DNA of 64,000 bases from Octopus vulgaris (GCA_951406725.2 OX597828.1:41726001-41790000), one strand, 5' to 3'; positions 12,569 through 24,775 are shown, counted from the stretch's first letter. A program made the numbers and translations. The notes: generated from the letters alone by a model not told the origin.

Positions 12569-14112
12569 TCGTTCGACATAGGCCCACAGGTCGGAAATGG
12601 CTGGACACTGTACGAGTTCGTGCAGAACAGTTTCGTCGCTCTGACCGCATCTCGGGCAGGTCGGCCCCGTGTTTCTCGAGCCGTGTCTGTAGAGCTTATC
12701 CCGAACGGGTAACGCTTCTCCATAGCACTGCCAGGTCAGGGATCTCTGGAAGTTGTCCATAGGTCCCGGCCCGAAAGTCGTCTTGAACAGGCGGATCAGG
12801 TATTCTTCATCGACGCCCAGGTTTGCCCCGAGATCGTCGTTGTACCTTCCCTCCACTAATTTCTTAAAGAATGCTTGGGTTCAAGGTCAAGGTCGACCCG
12901 GGACGGCATAGTTGCTTGAGAGCAACGCGACACTCACGGTGCCATTCGCCCTTCCTCGGCCTCGTTTTGATCCTCGACTGTAGTTCGGTCATGGTGACGA
13001 GCTGCAGGAAAGCGCGCCTCACAAACGGCGATCACACCTGTTCACCGTCGTCTACGTAGAGCCGGAGATGTTGCAGTCTCAGCGCGTGTCTGCGCATCAT
13101 CAACCACGGCATGCCCTGCCCTCCTTTTAACGGTGTTTACAGCAAACGGATCACCTGACCATTGGAACTCATCCTTTCCACAAGAAGCGGAAGAGGATAC
13201 GTTCTAGTTTGGTGATGGTAGGGTCGGGACAAAACACGATGGTCAGGCGGTAGTTGATGACGGACGCGATGCACGTGTTCGCCACCAGCGCCCAACCTTT
13301 TAGGAACAGCTTCCTCTCGGCCCATTGCCGGGCGAGATTGACCACCCTACTCGTTATCTCGTTCCAGTTCTCCGTTTGGACATCCGGACCAAACCAGACC
13401 CCGAGCATCTCCACCGGATCGTCGGTCCAGCGTCCCACGACGTAGTCGCTGGTGGACGACATGGACTTGCCTCTCTAGGTGCCGAGCCATAAGCCCACTG
13501 ACTTTCCCCGGTTGATTTTCGCTCCTGTTACCTCTTCGTAGTCTTTCAGTGTCTCACCGACCAGCTCGATGTGTTTCTGGCTAGACATTATGACGGTGAC
13601 GTCGTCAGCGTATGCAGACATGCACGTCCCAATTCTCGCGGGATGCCCCTCAGCGTTGCTAGCTCCTGCAGTAGTGGCTCGAGAGTCAATACGTATAGAA
13701 GCGACGAGAGGAGGCATCCCTGATGGACCGAACGTGCAATATCGAAAGGTCTCGATAGATGTCAATTTACGCGAATCACCAAAACGGATGCCTCTGCACA
13801 AGGCAGCTATCCAGCCGCGGAAGACGGGACCGAAACCAGCCGCTATGAGGACAGCCTCCAAGTATCGATGGTCTACCCTATCGAAAGCATTGGATTTATC
13901 CAAGTTGATCAGGGCCCCACCCATGCCAGGTTTCTTAACTACTCTGTCTGTGATGCAGCGCATCAGATGGAGGTTGTCATGGGTGCTCCGGCCCGGCACG
14001 GCGCACGTTTGCGCCTTGTCGACCAGTTTCTCGATGACAAGCGCCAACCTCTTGGCTAACACCTTGGCCAAAATTTTCAAGTCTGCATTGAGCAGAGTGA
14101 TGGGCCTAAAGA
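12569..14112 (-). mobile_element. Tx1/L1-clade LINE ORF2 remnant (RT plus C-terminal Cys/His motif), frameshifted
   Basis: FRPITLLNADLKILAKVLAKRL, LINLDKSNAFDRVDH, SAYADDV, LGVWFG, ILFRFLWKG and CPRCGQSDETVLHELVQC spread over several frames. Confidence 0.9.
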
Positions 14113-14121
14113 TTACGTAAT

Positions 14122-14400
14122 TCAAAATATAAATAATAACAAGCCATAAAATAGATTTTTAGTTTTCAAAACGAAATATTTGAAAAGTTTCCTCCTACTT
14201 TTTGGAATGGCAAAGTCTTTGATCAGATCCTCAAAATTAATCTTAGGTAACACATCTGCCTCTATACTTAGTAGAGATAAAGGGACCCTGAATATTATTT
14301 TAGCAAATTTAATGTGATTTCTTTTGTGCCGTAAACCATTTACCATTTTTGTGATGCTCTAAGCACGTGCTTATTGTATTTAATGGTTAATCCAGCACTG
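14122..14400 (-). mobile_element. Internally deleted hAT DNA transposon derivative
   Basis: Terminus CAGTGCTGGATTAACCAT; encodes LSLLSIEADVLPKINFEDLIKDFAIPKSRRK, like the hAT C-terminal dimerisation region; second copy at 28953-29305. Confidence 0.7.
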
Positions 14401-14864
14401 GTTGAAGTCATAGTTGTGCTGATTGAGTTGGAGTGTAGATTGGCAGGAGTAAGCATGAGAGGGAGAGAAAGAGAGTGAGAGAGAGAGAGAGAGTGAGAGA
14501 GAGAAAGAGAAAGAGAGAGAGAGAGAGATAGGGAGAGAGAGAGAAAGTGAGGAATGGGGAGAAACAATGAAGAGAAGATAGATAAAGAAAGAGGGCTAAA
14601 TGATAGAGAGGAGGAGAGAGTGAAATAAAGAAAAAGAAAGAAATGATGGTAAGAAGAATATTACACTAATAAAAACATATATGTGAATTATGTTAAAGGT
14701 TATTATGACAATAAAATCTGAACATTTTTACCGCTTCAATTCTGATATCTTTGACAGACAATTATCAAATAGTGAAACATCAAAGTTAATGGAAATATTT
14801 CATACCGGAGAAGTTTAAAGATTTAAAAATTTCTTTCTTCTAAGTACTGAACCAAAAGAAATTT

Positions 14865-14899
<35 letters not shown>

Positions 14900-14921
14900 A
14901 TAAGAGATAATGGTGTCAATA

Positions 14922-15047
14922 AGAGAGACAGAAGATGGAAGATACAAGAATCTTTATTGATCACTACAATTGTTTTGACCCATCTAGCATCGAAACAATT
15001 GTAGTGATCAATAAAGATTCTCATATCTGCCATCTTTCATCTCTCTC
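14922..15047. repeat. Inverted repeat (29-bp perfect core, longer imperfect arms) within a TA-flanked island
   Basis: 14947-14975 is the exact reverse complement of 14993-15021. Confidence 0.9.
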
Positions 15048-15262
15048 ATTAATCAAATACCAACTAAGCCATTGAATATGCTTTACTGGCAAACTACCAT
15101 GCAATTTTTAAAACTATTAATATATATATATATATATATATATACATATTTATATATTTGTATATATATAGATATTTAGTTATTGTATATTCTGCTAGGA
15201 ACGTGGCAGAGTACAGTATAAAGCTCTTCAACCGTACTCCTTCTTGTTGACTCCAGTTTCTG

Positions 15263-15308
<46 letters not shown>

Positions 15309-15340
15309 AAATAATATGTTACAATTACTCAATAGTCAAG

Positions 15341-15400
15341 ATAAAACTCTGAGTTTCAGATGCCGAAGTGGAAATCCACAACACTATCTCTTCGGGTATA
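15341..15400 (-). ncRNA. Degenerate hammerhead-like motif with extended stem II
   Basis: Minus strand CCGAAGA-GAU...GUGG(AUUU)CCAC...AUC-U-GAAA-CUCAGAG-UU; homolog in the opposite orientation from about 29305. Confidence 0.35.
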
Positions 15401-15630
15401 TGGGTATGAGTGTCTGTGTGTCGGTATTTGACTCCACACCGCCACTTGACAACCGGTGTTGGTATATTTACATTCCTGTAACTTAGCGGTGTGGCAAAAG
15501 AGACCGATATAATAAGTACTATGCTTTAAAAAAATAAGTCCTAAGTCAATTTATTCGACTAAAATCCTTCAAGGTGGTGCTGCAGCATGGCCACGGTCGA
15601 ATGGCTGAAACAAATAAAAGAATAGAATAT
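15400..15630 (+). mobile_element. SINE family A-related, 3' half
   Basis: cttgacaaccggtgttgg...aacttagcgg...cagcatggcc...ctgaaacaaataaaagaat. Confidence 0.75.
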
Positions 15631-15849
15631 TGAACTCCCTTGTCGCCTCAACGAATGGGGGTCGAACAGGACACAACTGCAAAGTGCTCTCAATTCGATG
15701 TTTGCTGTGTCAATTCCTGTAGAAATTCAGATCAACCTGAAATTAGCAGATGTCGCAGATGGTACAGTTGTGGTCTCTGTCATTTGATGGTAGAATAGCC
15801 TCCCAACTCAATGCTAGGCTCTTTTCTTCTTCGGAGGGCAAGCTAAGGG

Positions 15850-16097
15850 AAATTGTACATGGGTTGAACCCCCGAAGAAGCCATGTAGCTGGTGCCGCTG
15901 ACACGTAACAGCACCCGTGCAGGTGGTGACACGTAAAAGGCATCTGCTACACTCGCAGAATGGTTGGCGTCAGGAAAAGCATCCATCTATAGAAACCAAG
16001 CCCAAATCAGACTGGAACCTTGTACAGCTCTTCAGTTTGCCAATTCCAGTCAAACCGTCTAAGCCCATGCCAGCAGCATGGAAAGCGGATACTTAAT
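15850..16097 (+). mobile_element. 3' UTR/tail of an RTE-type LINE or its SINE, followed by (GAT)n
   Basis: gttggcgtcaggaaaagcatcc...gtcaaaccgtctaagcccatgccagc...atggaaagcggatacttaatgat; same tail as 23762-23900. Confidence 0.65.
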
Positions 16098-16126
16098 GAT
16101 AATGATGATAATGATGACGATTACAG

Positions 16127-16160
<34 letters not shown>

Positions 16161-16165
16161 AATGA

Positions 16166-16202
<37 letters not shown>

Positions 16203-16329
16203 AATGATGACGATTACAGTGATGATGATGATGATGTTAATGATGATGATGATGATGATGATGATAATGATGATAATGATGACGATTACAGTGATTATGA
16301 TGATGATAATGATGACGATTACAGTGATT

Positions 16330-16390
<61 letters not shown>

Positions 16391-16445
16391 CGACGATGAT
16401 GATGATGATGATGATGATGATGACGGTGAGGAGGAAGATGATGAT
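16098..16445. repeat. (GAT)n microsatellite
   Basis: Direct reading. Confidence 0.95.
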
Positions 16446-16499
16446 CTTGGCTGTCTCAAAATTAGAGAAGGCTTGATAGCAAGAAACTCTCTACTGAGT

Positions 16500-16790
16500 A
16501 TTGTTGTGCTGCCATTCCCATACCTGCAGGATTGTCTTGCAGGTTTACAAGACCTTTAGAATGTCCTTCTATCAGAAAAAAATGATTGGCCTTGGTGCCT
16601 GCTGGTGGCCAAGCGAAGCTGACCACAAAAGAGAGTTTTAGGTAAGCGAGTGTCTTCCGTGCATACCGAGGGATTGTCTGTCCATGGTTGCTGAGCCTGC
16701 TAGAAAGAGCAGACATATATTCCTGAGATTACATTCCTCCTGTGTCTTAAATATAATCTGACATATTCTGAAAACAAGATCGAATGGCCA
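16500..16790 (-). mobile_element. Decayed RTE (BovB-like) LINE ORF fragment
   Basis: A minus frame reads EDTRLPKTLFCGQLRL, similar to the RTE M.D.RLPK.LFYGEL motif. Confidence 0.55.
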
Positions 16791-16812
16791 TGCATTAACA
16801 ACTTTGATTATG

Positions 16813-16894
<82 letters not shown>

Positions 16895-16934
16895 TAATAA
16901 TAATAATAATAATGATAATAATAATAATATATAA

Positions 16935-17660
16935 TGATGAAATTATTGTATACATTGCTCAGGTGCACTACAACTTGTCAAAAGTGTGTATAAAGCATAT
17001 GCAGTAATGTACAAATGTCTGGAAAGTGAACGGGCGCAGGAGTGGCTGTGTGGTAAGTAGCTTGCTAACCAACCACATGGTTCAGGGTTCAGTCCCACTG
17101 CGTGGCATCTTAGGCAAGTGTCTTCTGCTATAGCCCCGGGCCGACCAATGCCTTGTGAGTGGATTTGGTAGACGGAAACTGAAAGAAGCCTGTCGTATAT
17201 ATGTATATATGTATATGTATGTGTATGTTTGTGTGTCTGTGTTTGTACCCCTAGCATTACTTGAAAACCGATGCTGGTGTGTTTATGTCCCCGTTAATTA
17301 GCGGTTCGGCAAAAGAGACCGATGGAATAAGTACTGGGCTTACAAAGAATAAGTCCCGGAGTCGATTTGCTCGACTAAAGACGGTGCTCCAGCATGGCCG
17401 CAGTCAAAATGACTGAAACAAGTAAAAGAGTAAAGAGTAAAGAGAGTGTATGAGTCAGATACATGCTTGCATGTGTATGGAGGGGAGAAAATCAGGCGTA
17501 GTGTTGGCGAATCTCAGGAAGCATGGAAGTTTTGAAGGATGCAGTGCTCCGACAACTAACAACTGATGCCGGCAGTTTGTTCCATGCTTCAGCAACTCTT
17601 AGCGTGAGAAAATGTTTCTGAAAGTCATGGGAGCTGTGCTGTTTTCTGACTTTGTAAAAT
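16935..17660 (-). mobile_element. CR1/L2-type LINE 3' end interrupted by a SINE A
   Basis: Minus frame KVRKQHSSHDFQKHFLTLRVAEAWNKLPASVVSCRSTASFK; probable 3' UTR continues to about 16935. Confidence 0.75.
17032..17445 (+). mobile_element. SINE family A, full length
   Basis: Near-consensus copy from GGGCGCAGGAGTGGC to AAAGAGT repeats. Confidence 0.92.
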
Positions 17661-17779
17661 TATAGGTTTTCTCAATCTGGAAATGGCCAAGGGTTAAACG
17701 ATAATAATCATTTAGATGCTAACTAGTGTGTGTAATATGTGTGTATGTGTGTTCGTGTGTGTGTGTGTGTGTGTTTGTG

Positions 17780-18170
17780 TGTGTGTAGGTGAAAGTGTGT
17801 TTGTATGTGTATATACATGTCTGTGTTTGTGCGTGTGTGTGTGTGTACGTGTGTATGTATGTGTGCGTGTGTGTGTTTGTAGGTGTTAATGTGTTTGTAT
17901 GTGTATATACATGTCTGTGTTTGTGCGCGTGTGTGTGTGTGTACGTGTGTATGTGTGCGTGTGTGTGTTTGTAGGTGTCAGTGTGTTTGTATGTGTATAT
18001 ACATGTCTGTGTTTGTGCGTGTGTGTGTGTGTACGTGTGTATGCGTGTGTGCGTGTGTGTGTGTGTTTGTAGGTGTTAGTGTGTTTGTATGTGTATATAC
18101 ATATCTGTGTTTGTGCGTGTGTGTACGTGTGTGTGTGTGTATGTGTGCGTGTGTGTGTGTGTGTGTTTAT
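17780..18170. repeat. Higher-order ~94-bp minisatellite built from TG/TA repeats
   Basis: taggtg anchor recurs near 17786, 17880, 17972 and 18070. Confidence 0.75.
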
Positions 18171-18849
18171 ATAACACCCAGAAAAGCAGATGATAAATCT
18201 TTGCTGTTGTCATGTAGGTGTTTGGCATTAGGCGGTTCTTTTTCTTTTTGTTCTTTTTTTTTTTTTTGCATTTCTCACCTGCTCTTCTCCTTGTATAGAC
18301 AGGAGGTCTTGCCTGGCTCCCAAAAACTATCAACTACCTTCACTTAATGCTCCGTCACAACCACCACCACCACCACCACCACCACCACCAGCACCATCAT
18401 TATCTTCATCACCACTACCCCTCCCATCATCACGACGACGAAGCCGACCACCTCCACCACCACCACCACCACCATCACCACCATCAACATCGTTATCATC
18501 AACGTCGTCATCATCACCACCACCACCACCACCACCATAACCACTATTACAATCATCATCATCATCATCATCATCATTCTCACCCCTAACATCATCACCA
18601 TCACCACGTCGAGCACGATGAGGAAAACGATGACGTCGAAGCTGACGACTTAGACGACGACGACCACACCACCACCACCACCACATCCATCACCACCACT
18701 ACAACCGCCACCACAACCACCACCATCACCACCACCATGATGATCATCCCACTTCCCCTTCCATGTGTACACAACACTCCTTGCACAACTACCATCATCA
18801 TCTTCATCAGTACCACCCCATCCACCCACCATCATCACCGCACAACACT

Positions 18850-19240
18850 TCCGGACAATTGAGACTTCAGGTTCAATCCCATTGCATGGCACTGGACTGT
18901 CCCATTTACTATAGCTTCAGGCTGACGGAAACTGAATGAAGCCTCTGTGTATGTGTGTGTGTGAGGGCATGTGTAAGTGTGAGTGTTTGTGTGTGTGTGT
19001 GCGTTCATTTGTGGTCGTGTGCATATGTGTGTGCGAGCATATCTCCTAGTCTTGACGTCACGTGACTGTCGTAAACGAGTGTCGCTGTCATACAAGCAGA
19101 GTCATTCATTTCCAGGGGTCCCATGAATAGCCTGAACAGCCATGGGAGTAATACCAGCTTGATTGGGATATGGAGAAGATTAGCGGCAGGAAAGGGCATC
19201 AGGCTGTGGGGAATCTGGCATGGAAAAGGGGCCATTAAAT
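18850..19240 (+). mobile_element. Old SINE with A-like head and GAT-type tail
   Basis: ggttcaatcccattgcatggcac...gacggaaactgaa...(TG)n...ggcaggaaagggcatc...gcatggaaaag...ttaaatg, then GAC/GAT repeats. Confidence 0.55.
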
Positions 19241-19509
19241 GGACGACGACGACGACGACCGTGATGATGACGATGATGGTGATGATAACGGTGACGATGA
19301 AGATGACGACAACGACGACGATAATAAGAATGACGATAATGATAATGGTGATGATGACGATGATGATGATGTTGATGATGAAGATAATAATGATGATAAC
19401 AACGACGACGACGATGATGATAATGATGACAATGACGATAACGACGATGATAACGATGATGATGATGATGATGATGATGATGACGATGATGATTATGATG
19501 ATGATGATA

Positions 19510-19541
<32 letters not shown>

Positions 19542-19542
19542 T

Positions 19543-19578
<36 letters not shown>

Positions 19579-19925
19579 ATGATGATGATGGTGATGATGA
19601 CAACGACGATAACGACGATGATAACGATGATGATGATGATGATGACAACGACGATAACGACGATGATAACGATGATGATGATGACGATGATGATTATCAT
19701 GATGATGATGACAACGACGAAGACGACGATGATCATGATGATGATGACGATGACGATAATGATAATAGTGATGATGATGATAATGATGATGATGGTAACG
19801 ACGACGACGATGACGATGATGATGATGAGGACAATGGCGATAATGATAATAGTGATGATGATGATGATGATGATGATGGTAACAACGACGACGATGACGA
19901 CGACGACAACCATGACGAAGATGAT
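19241..19925. repeat. Long imperfect (GAT/GAC)n microsatellite
   Basis: Direct reading; source of the spurious poly-D/M/I/H ORFs. Confidence 0.95.
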
Positions 19926-21168
19926 GCTGGTGCTGGTGCTGATGAAGATGCTTATAGAAAGGCCTTTTTATAACATGACAATGTGTCAAGGTCGCCCCAC
20001 TTTTATTTGGGGTCCTTCATCTCCCACCGAAAACCTGTAACCTCTCACTCAGCACCCATGTCATGGGTTCCCTGCTAGTGTTCTAGTCTTTAATTTTACT
20101 TGACTTCGCTACACTACTTGAAGCGGCAGCTGGGGTGGTTGTGACGAGGGACCCGCCACTATAATTTAGGGCGTCAGAACATTTTGATTTCAAGAAAGGT
20201 GTGCAGCAAGGATTTGTGGTCATTAATTGGATTGCGCGACGCAAGAAGCAGAGGTGAAAGCTTGGGTGGATACAGGGGTACGATTGAGGGTGGGATGGGA
20301 AGTTCAACTGAGGGTGGGGGATTGAGGTGATGGGTGAGTGAGAAGGGTGGTGGGGTGGGGGACAGGGAAGAGGCTCAGTAACGTAAGAGAGCTGTCGAGT
20401 TAATTTGGATTCTAAAAAGGACTTAAGAAAGTAGATAATACAGGGTGGGGGAGGGTGATGGTGAAGGTGTGGTGGTGGTGGTGGTGGTGGTGGTGGTTGT
20501 GGTAGTGGAGATGGTGGTGACAGTGGAAGTAGAGATGGAGAGGGTAGAGGAGATGGAGGTGGCGATGGAGATGGTGATAGTGATGACGGTGGAGGTGGTG
20601 GTGGTGGTGATGGTGGAGGTAGTGGAGATAGTGGTGGTGGTGGTGGTGGTGGTGGTGGTGGTATGTTGGTGGTGGTGTTGGCATGTATCACAATGTATGA
20701 TTGATGTTGAATTTAAGGGTGGAGAGAATGATAGGTAGGGTGGTAGGGAGGTAGGGAGTTAGAGGTGATGAAGGTGATGATGATGATGATGATGATTATG
20801 ATGATGATGGCGATGATGATTGAGATCTTTGCTTTCTTTATAACTTACAATGGACGGTGATTATGATGATGATGGTGGTGACGGTGGTGGTGGAAAGGGT
20901 AGCAATGATTGTAAAGTCTGAAGGTGATGATGATGATGATGATGATGATGGTGGGAGTGAGGTATGATGATGGTGATGGTGATGGTGGTGAGTCACCATG
21001 AAGGTAGTATGCCCTTGTCCTCATCACAAAAGCATCAAAAACATTATTGTACCAGTCAGTAATTCACTGGGTCTGGGTAACAGGGGTGGGATGCGGGTGT
21101 GTGTGTGTGTGTGGGATGGGGGGCAGGGGCCAAACAGGGTATTTACCTTTATACTATTATTAGTAGTT

Positions 21169-21205
<37 letters not shown>

Positions 21206-21318
21206 GTGGTGGAGGAGTAATTAATACTCAAGCAAGGTAGCTAACCACATCCATTTTCTTTCCAACCACATTGATGACAATATTCACTTACTAAGGTGTG
21301 TGTGTGTGTGTATATCTA

Positions 21319-21397
<79 letters not shown>

Positions 21398-21482
21398 ATA
21401 TATATATATATATATATATGTAGAGAGAGAGAGAGAGAGAGAGATATAGATATATAGATAGATATACATATACACATATATA

Positions 21483-21563
<81 letters not shown>

Positions 21564-21597
21564 CCGATTCTACAGAAACAGAATCATGTTCGTGTGT

Positions 21598-21656
<59 letters not shown>

Positions 21657-21779
21657 CACACACATACATATACACACACATTCATAGGTGAATGAGTGAG
21701 TCTGGCTTTTATGAAAAGTTGCATGTGGGATGATACAGAACCACCAGAAGGAACAGGGGTGGGCTAGTGTACGTGTGTA

Positions 21780-21816
<37 letters not shown>

Positions 21817-22019
21817 ACGCGTGAAGGAGAAGGAGGGAGAGTTTGCTATTCTGCTTATTTCACAGCTACCCAGATTGTTGTAGTGGGACAGAACTGTACA
21901 CATGTATAGACATATACACACATAGGCATACACATACACATACACCTGGAGGTATATTGATACATGAAAACATACATATATACCTGCAAGGAGACACACA
22001 GTTACACATATCTACACAT

Positions 22020-22054
<35 letters not shown>

Positions 22055-22584
22055 TTCATACAAACATAACATATACATACATATATATGTATGTATATAT
22101 ATATATATATGTATACACACACACGCACACACACACACACATATATATATTCTAGATGTGTGTGTATGTTTTTGTCAGTGTATACACACGCACACATACA
22201 CACATATATATATATACTGACAAACACATACACACACACATCTAGAGGTAAACTTACACACACAAGCACACATATGCATTCAAAGAGATTGAGTTACCCT
22301 ATCTACACACACACACATACACACACACACACGCATGTTGTGTGTTAACAAAAGGCAGATCCATCAACAGTGACCCTTAAGAGGCAGATGTGAATTGTTA
22401 GATGTCCTGGTTAGGGGTATCTATCCCAGCAACGTTAGTTTAAGGATGGGCAGAGAGAATCTGTCATTGCTGTTTAACAATACCTCAAATGAATCTCCAT
22501 TGTTGCTTTCAATGATGACTATTACACCTTGAGTAAGTGGCCGAGTACTCCGTGGATGCACGTACCCTTAATATAATTCTCAGC

Positions 22585-22790
22585 TTAACCCTTTAGCATT
22601 CAGCTTATTCTGTCAAATGTAAGGCTTTTTTATTCATATCGCTTTGAATGAATCATGCATTGCCTTGTAACTTTGAGAATTTGATGAAGTAATTCTTTAT
22701 TTTTAGGACGATATTGTAGGGTAGGTGTGAGAGGCCGGATCTGGCTAGTTCGGACATAAAGCAGGTTGGATATTTTGTCGTGTCTAGGGA
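22585..22790 (+). mobile_element. piggyBac-like MITE left part
   Basis: Begins TTAA|CCCTTTAGC (TTAA target plus CCCT terminus); matching right end not seen. Confidence 0.4.
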
Positions 22791-23045
22791 GAGTCATTAT
22801 GCTAATATTATTAACCCACACACTGGTTCAAATCCATCCCTTTATTATTAGGCAATTGGTTATATACATTAAGAAATACACAAGAATGCACACACACAGA
22901 CACATATATATGCAGAAGAATACATACATACATACATACATACATACATACATACATACATACATACATACATACATCATCATCATCATCATCATCATCG
23001 TTTAACGTCCGTTTTCCGTGCTAGCATGGGTTGGACGGTTTGACT

Positions 23046-23392
23046 GTAAATGCGCCTGCGCGAGATATTTGAAAAATTATAGCATATAATGATGGGACAC
23101 GTCTTATCTTGTCTCTGAATTATAAGTTAGTTGTTTAGGCCGGTTACTGACGAGAATTCGCCTGGTAGATAAAGTGGTCTTGCTAAATTATCTATTAAAA
23201 GATGGCAAGCAATATTATTTGCTAAAGAAATTCGAAACCATGGTAGCACCGTTATATAACAAGGTAAAGGTTTTTATTTTTCATTGACTTCGAAATTTGC
23301 TATTAAATTGTGGTATTTGGCCGTGTTTGGCTGCTATTTCTAGCATGTAAAAATTACCTGTTAAAGGGTAATTTTCCATTTTGAAAAACGTA
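23046..23392 (+). mobile_element. Putative Penelope-like terminal repeat ending in (TA)n
   Basis: Contains a canonical hammerhead core and a terminal hairpin AAAATTACC/GGTAATTTT just before the (TA)n. Confidence 0.6.
23141..23251 (+). ncRNA. Hammerhead ribozyme motif, canonical core, ~70-nt branched stem II
   Basis: CUGACGA 23147-23153; stem II GAAUU 23154-23158 / AAUUC 23229-23233; GAAA 23234-23237; palindromic ACCAUGGU stem III; GUA triplet ending at 23245; stem I CGGU/ACCG with two junction mismatches. Confidence 0.7.
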
Positions 23393-23400
23393 TATATATA

Positions 23401-23464
23401 TAGGGAGAGTTTACGAAAAAAACAAAAGACGAAGACAGGTGGTGTACAAAACAAACAGATGTAT
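23401..23464 (-). mobile_element. Family E fragment in (TA)n
   Basis: caaaagacgaagacaggtggtgtacaaaacaaacagat matches about 11258-11290 and 43847-43885. Confidence 0.7.
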
Positions 23465-23476
23465 ATATATATATAC

Positions 23477-23526
<50 letters not shown>

Positions 23527-23732
23527 GTATATATATGTATGTATGTATGTATCTGTATATATTAGGTGCAGACGTGGCTGTGTAGTAAGGAGTTTGCTTC
23601 CCAACCATATGGTAATGGGTTCCTGACATAAAATCTAAGGACAAAAAATAAAAATTATAACTATTGGGATCAATTTCATCTTCTTCATCATCAACATCAT
23701 CATCATCATCATCATCATTGTCATCATCATCG

Positions 23733-23761
<29 letters not shown>

Positions 23762-23763
<2 letters not shown>

Positions 23764-24300
23764 TTAATGTTTGTTTTCCATGCTGGCATAGGTTGGATGG
23801 TTCGACAAGGAGGTGGCCAGCTGGGGAGCCGTTCAGACTCCAACTGTCTGTTGTGGCATGCTTTCTATGGTTGGATGCCCTTCCTAATTCCAACCACTTC
23901 ACAGAGTGAGCTGGGTGCATTTATGCAGCACCAGCATGAGTGCATTTTATGCAGCACCTGCACAAGTGCATATTATGTGGCAACAGCAACTGTAAAAGAC
24001 AAGCCTGTACGTATAGATGTGAGCAATTTTACTTAGCTTGAAACATCTCATCAAGTACAGCAAATCGCCATAACTCCTGGTCCCTTGTCTTCTCTTCAGG
24101 GACACCCAACCTCCAAAGATCCTTTCTCACCACTTTGTCTTCCTGGGTCTACCCCTTCCACAAGTTCCCTCCACAGTTAGAGCTCAGCACTTCTTTACAC
24201 AGCAGCCCTCATCCTTACGCATCATTTGTCCAAACCAGCACCGTCATCTCCCTTGCACACAACATCTGATATCTCTTATATATCTAGTTTTCCTCTGAAA
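23762..24300 (-). mobile_element. RTE-clade LINE 3' end with 3' UTR and (GAT)n tail
   Basis: Minus frames WFGQMMRKDEGCCVKKC, VEGTCGRGRPRKT, VVRKDL, TRDQELWRFAV; UTR ends ...gcatggaaaacaaacattaaatgatgat. Confidence 0.8.
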
Positions 24301-24389
24301 TCCTTTGCTCAATAAAAAACCCTTCAAGACAGTGTGTGCCCCAGCATGGGCACCAATTCCGACGAGAGAAACAAAAAAAAAAGACATGC

Positions 24390-24775
24390 CTACCAACCAC
24401 ATGGTTCTGGGTTCAGTCCCACTGCGTGGCATCTTGGGCAAGTGTCTTCTGCTATAGCCTCAGGCCGACCAATGCCTTGTGAGTGGATTTGGTAGACGGA
24501 AACTGAAAGAAGCCTGTCGTATATATGTATATATATGTATGTATGTGTATGTATATGTTTGTGTGCCTGTGTTTGTCCCTCTAGCATTGCTTGACAACCG
24601 ATGCTGGTGTATTTATGTCCCCGTCACTTAGCGGTTTGGCAAAAGAGACCGATAGAATAAGTACTGGGCTTACAAAGAATAAGTCCCGGGGTCGATTTGC
24701 TCAACTAAAGGCGGTGCTCCAGCATGGCCGCAGTCAAATGACTGAAACAAGTAAAAGAGTAAAAGAGTAAAGAGT
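24390..24775 (+). mobile_element. SINE family A, slightly 5'-truncated
   Basis: Near-consensus match. Confidence 0.9.

Noticed and set aside
14748-14790. CTTT...GAAACATCAAAG hammerhead-like remnant
   Set aside because: No recognisable CUGANGA core.
20285-20460. G-quadruplex-like G runs
   Set aside because: Part of a GGT/GGGT low-complexity field common in this window; nothing specific.
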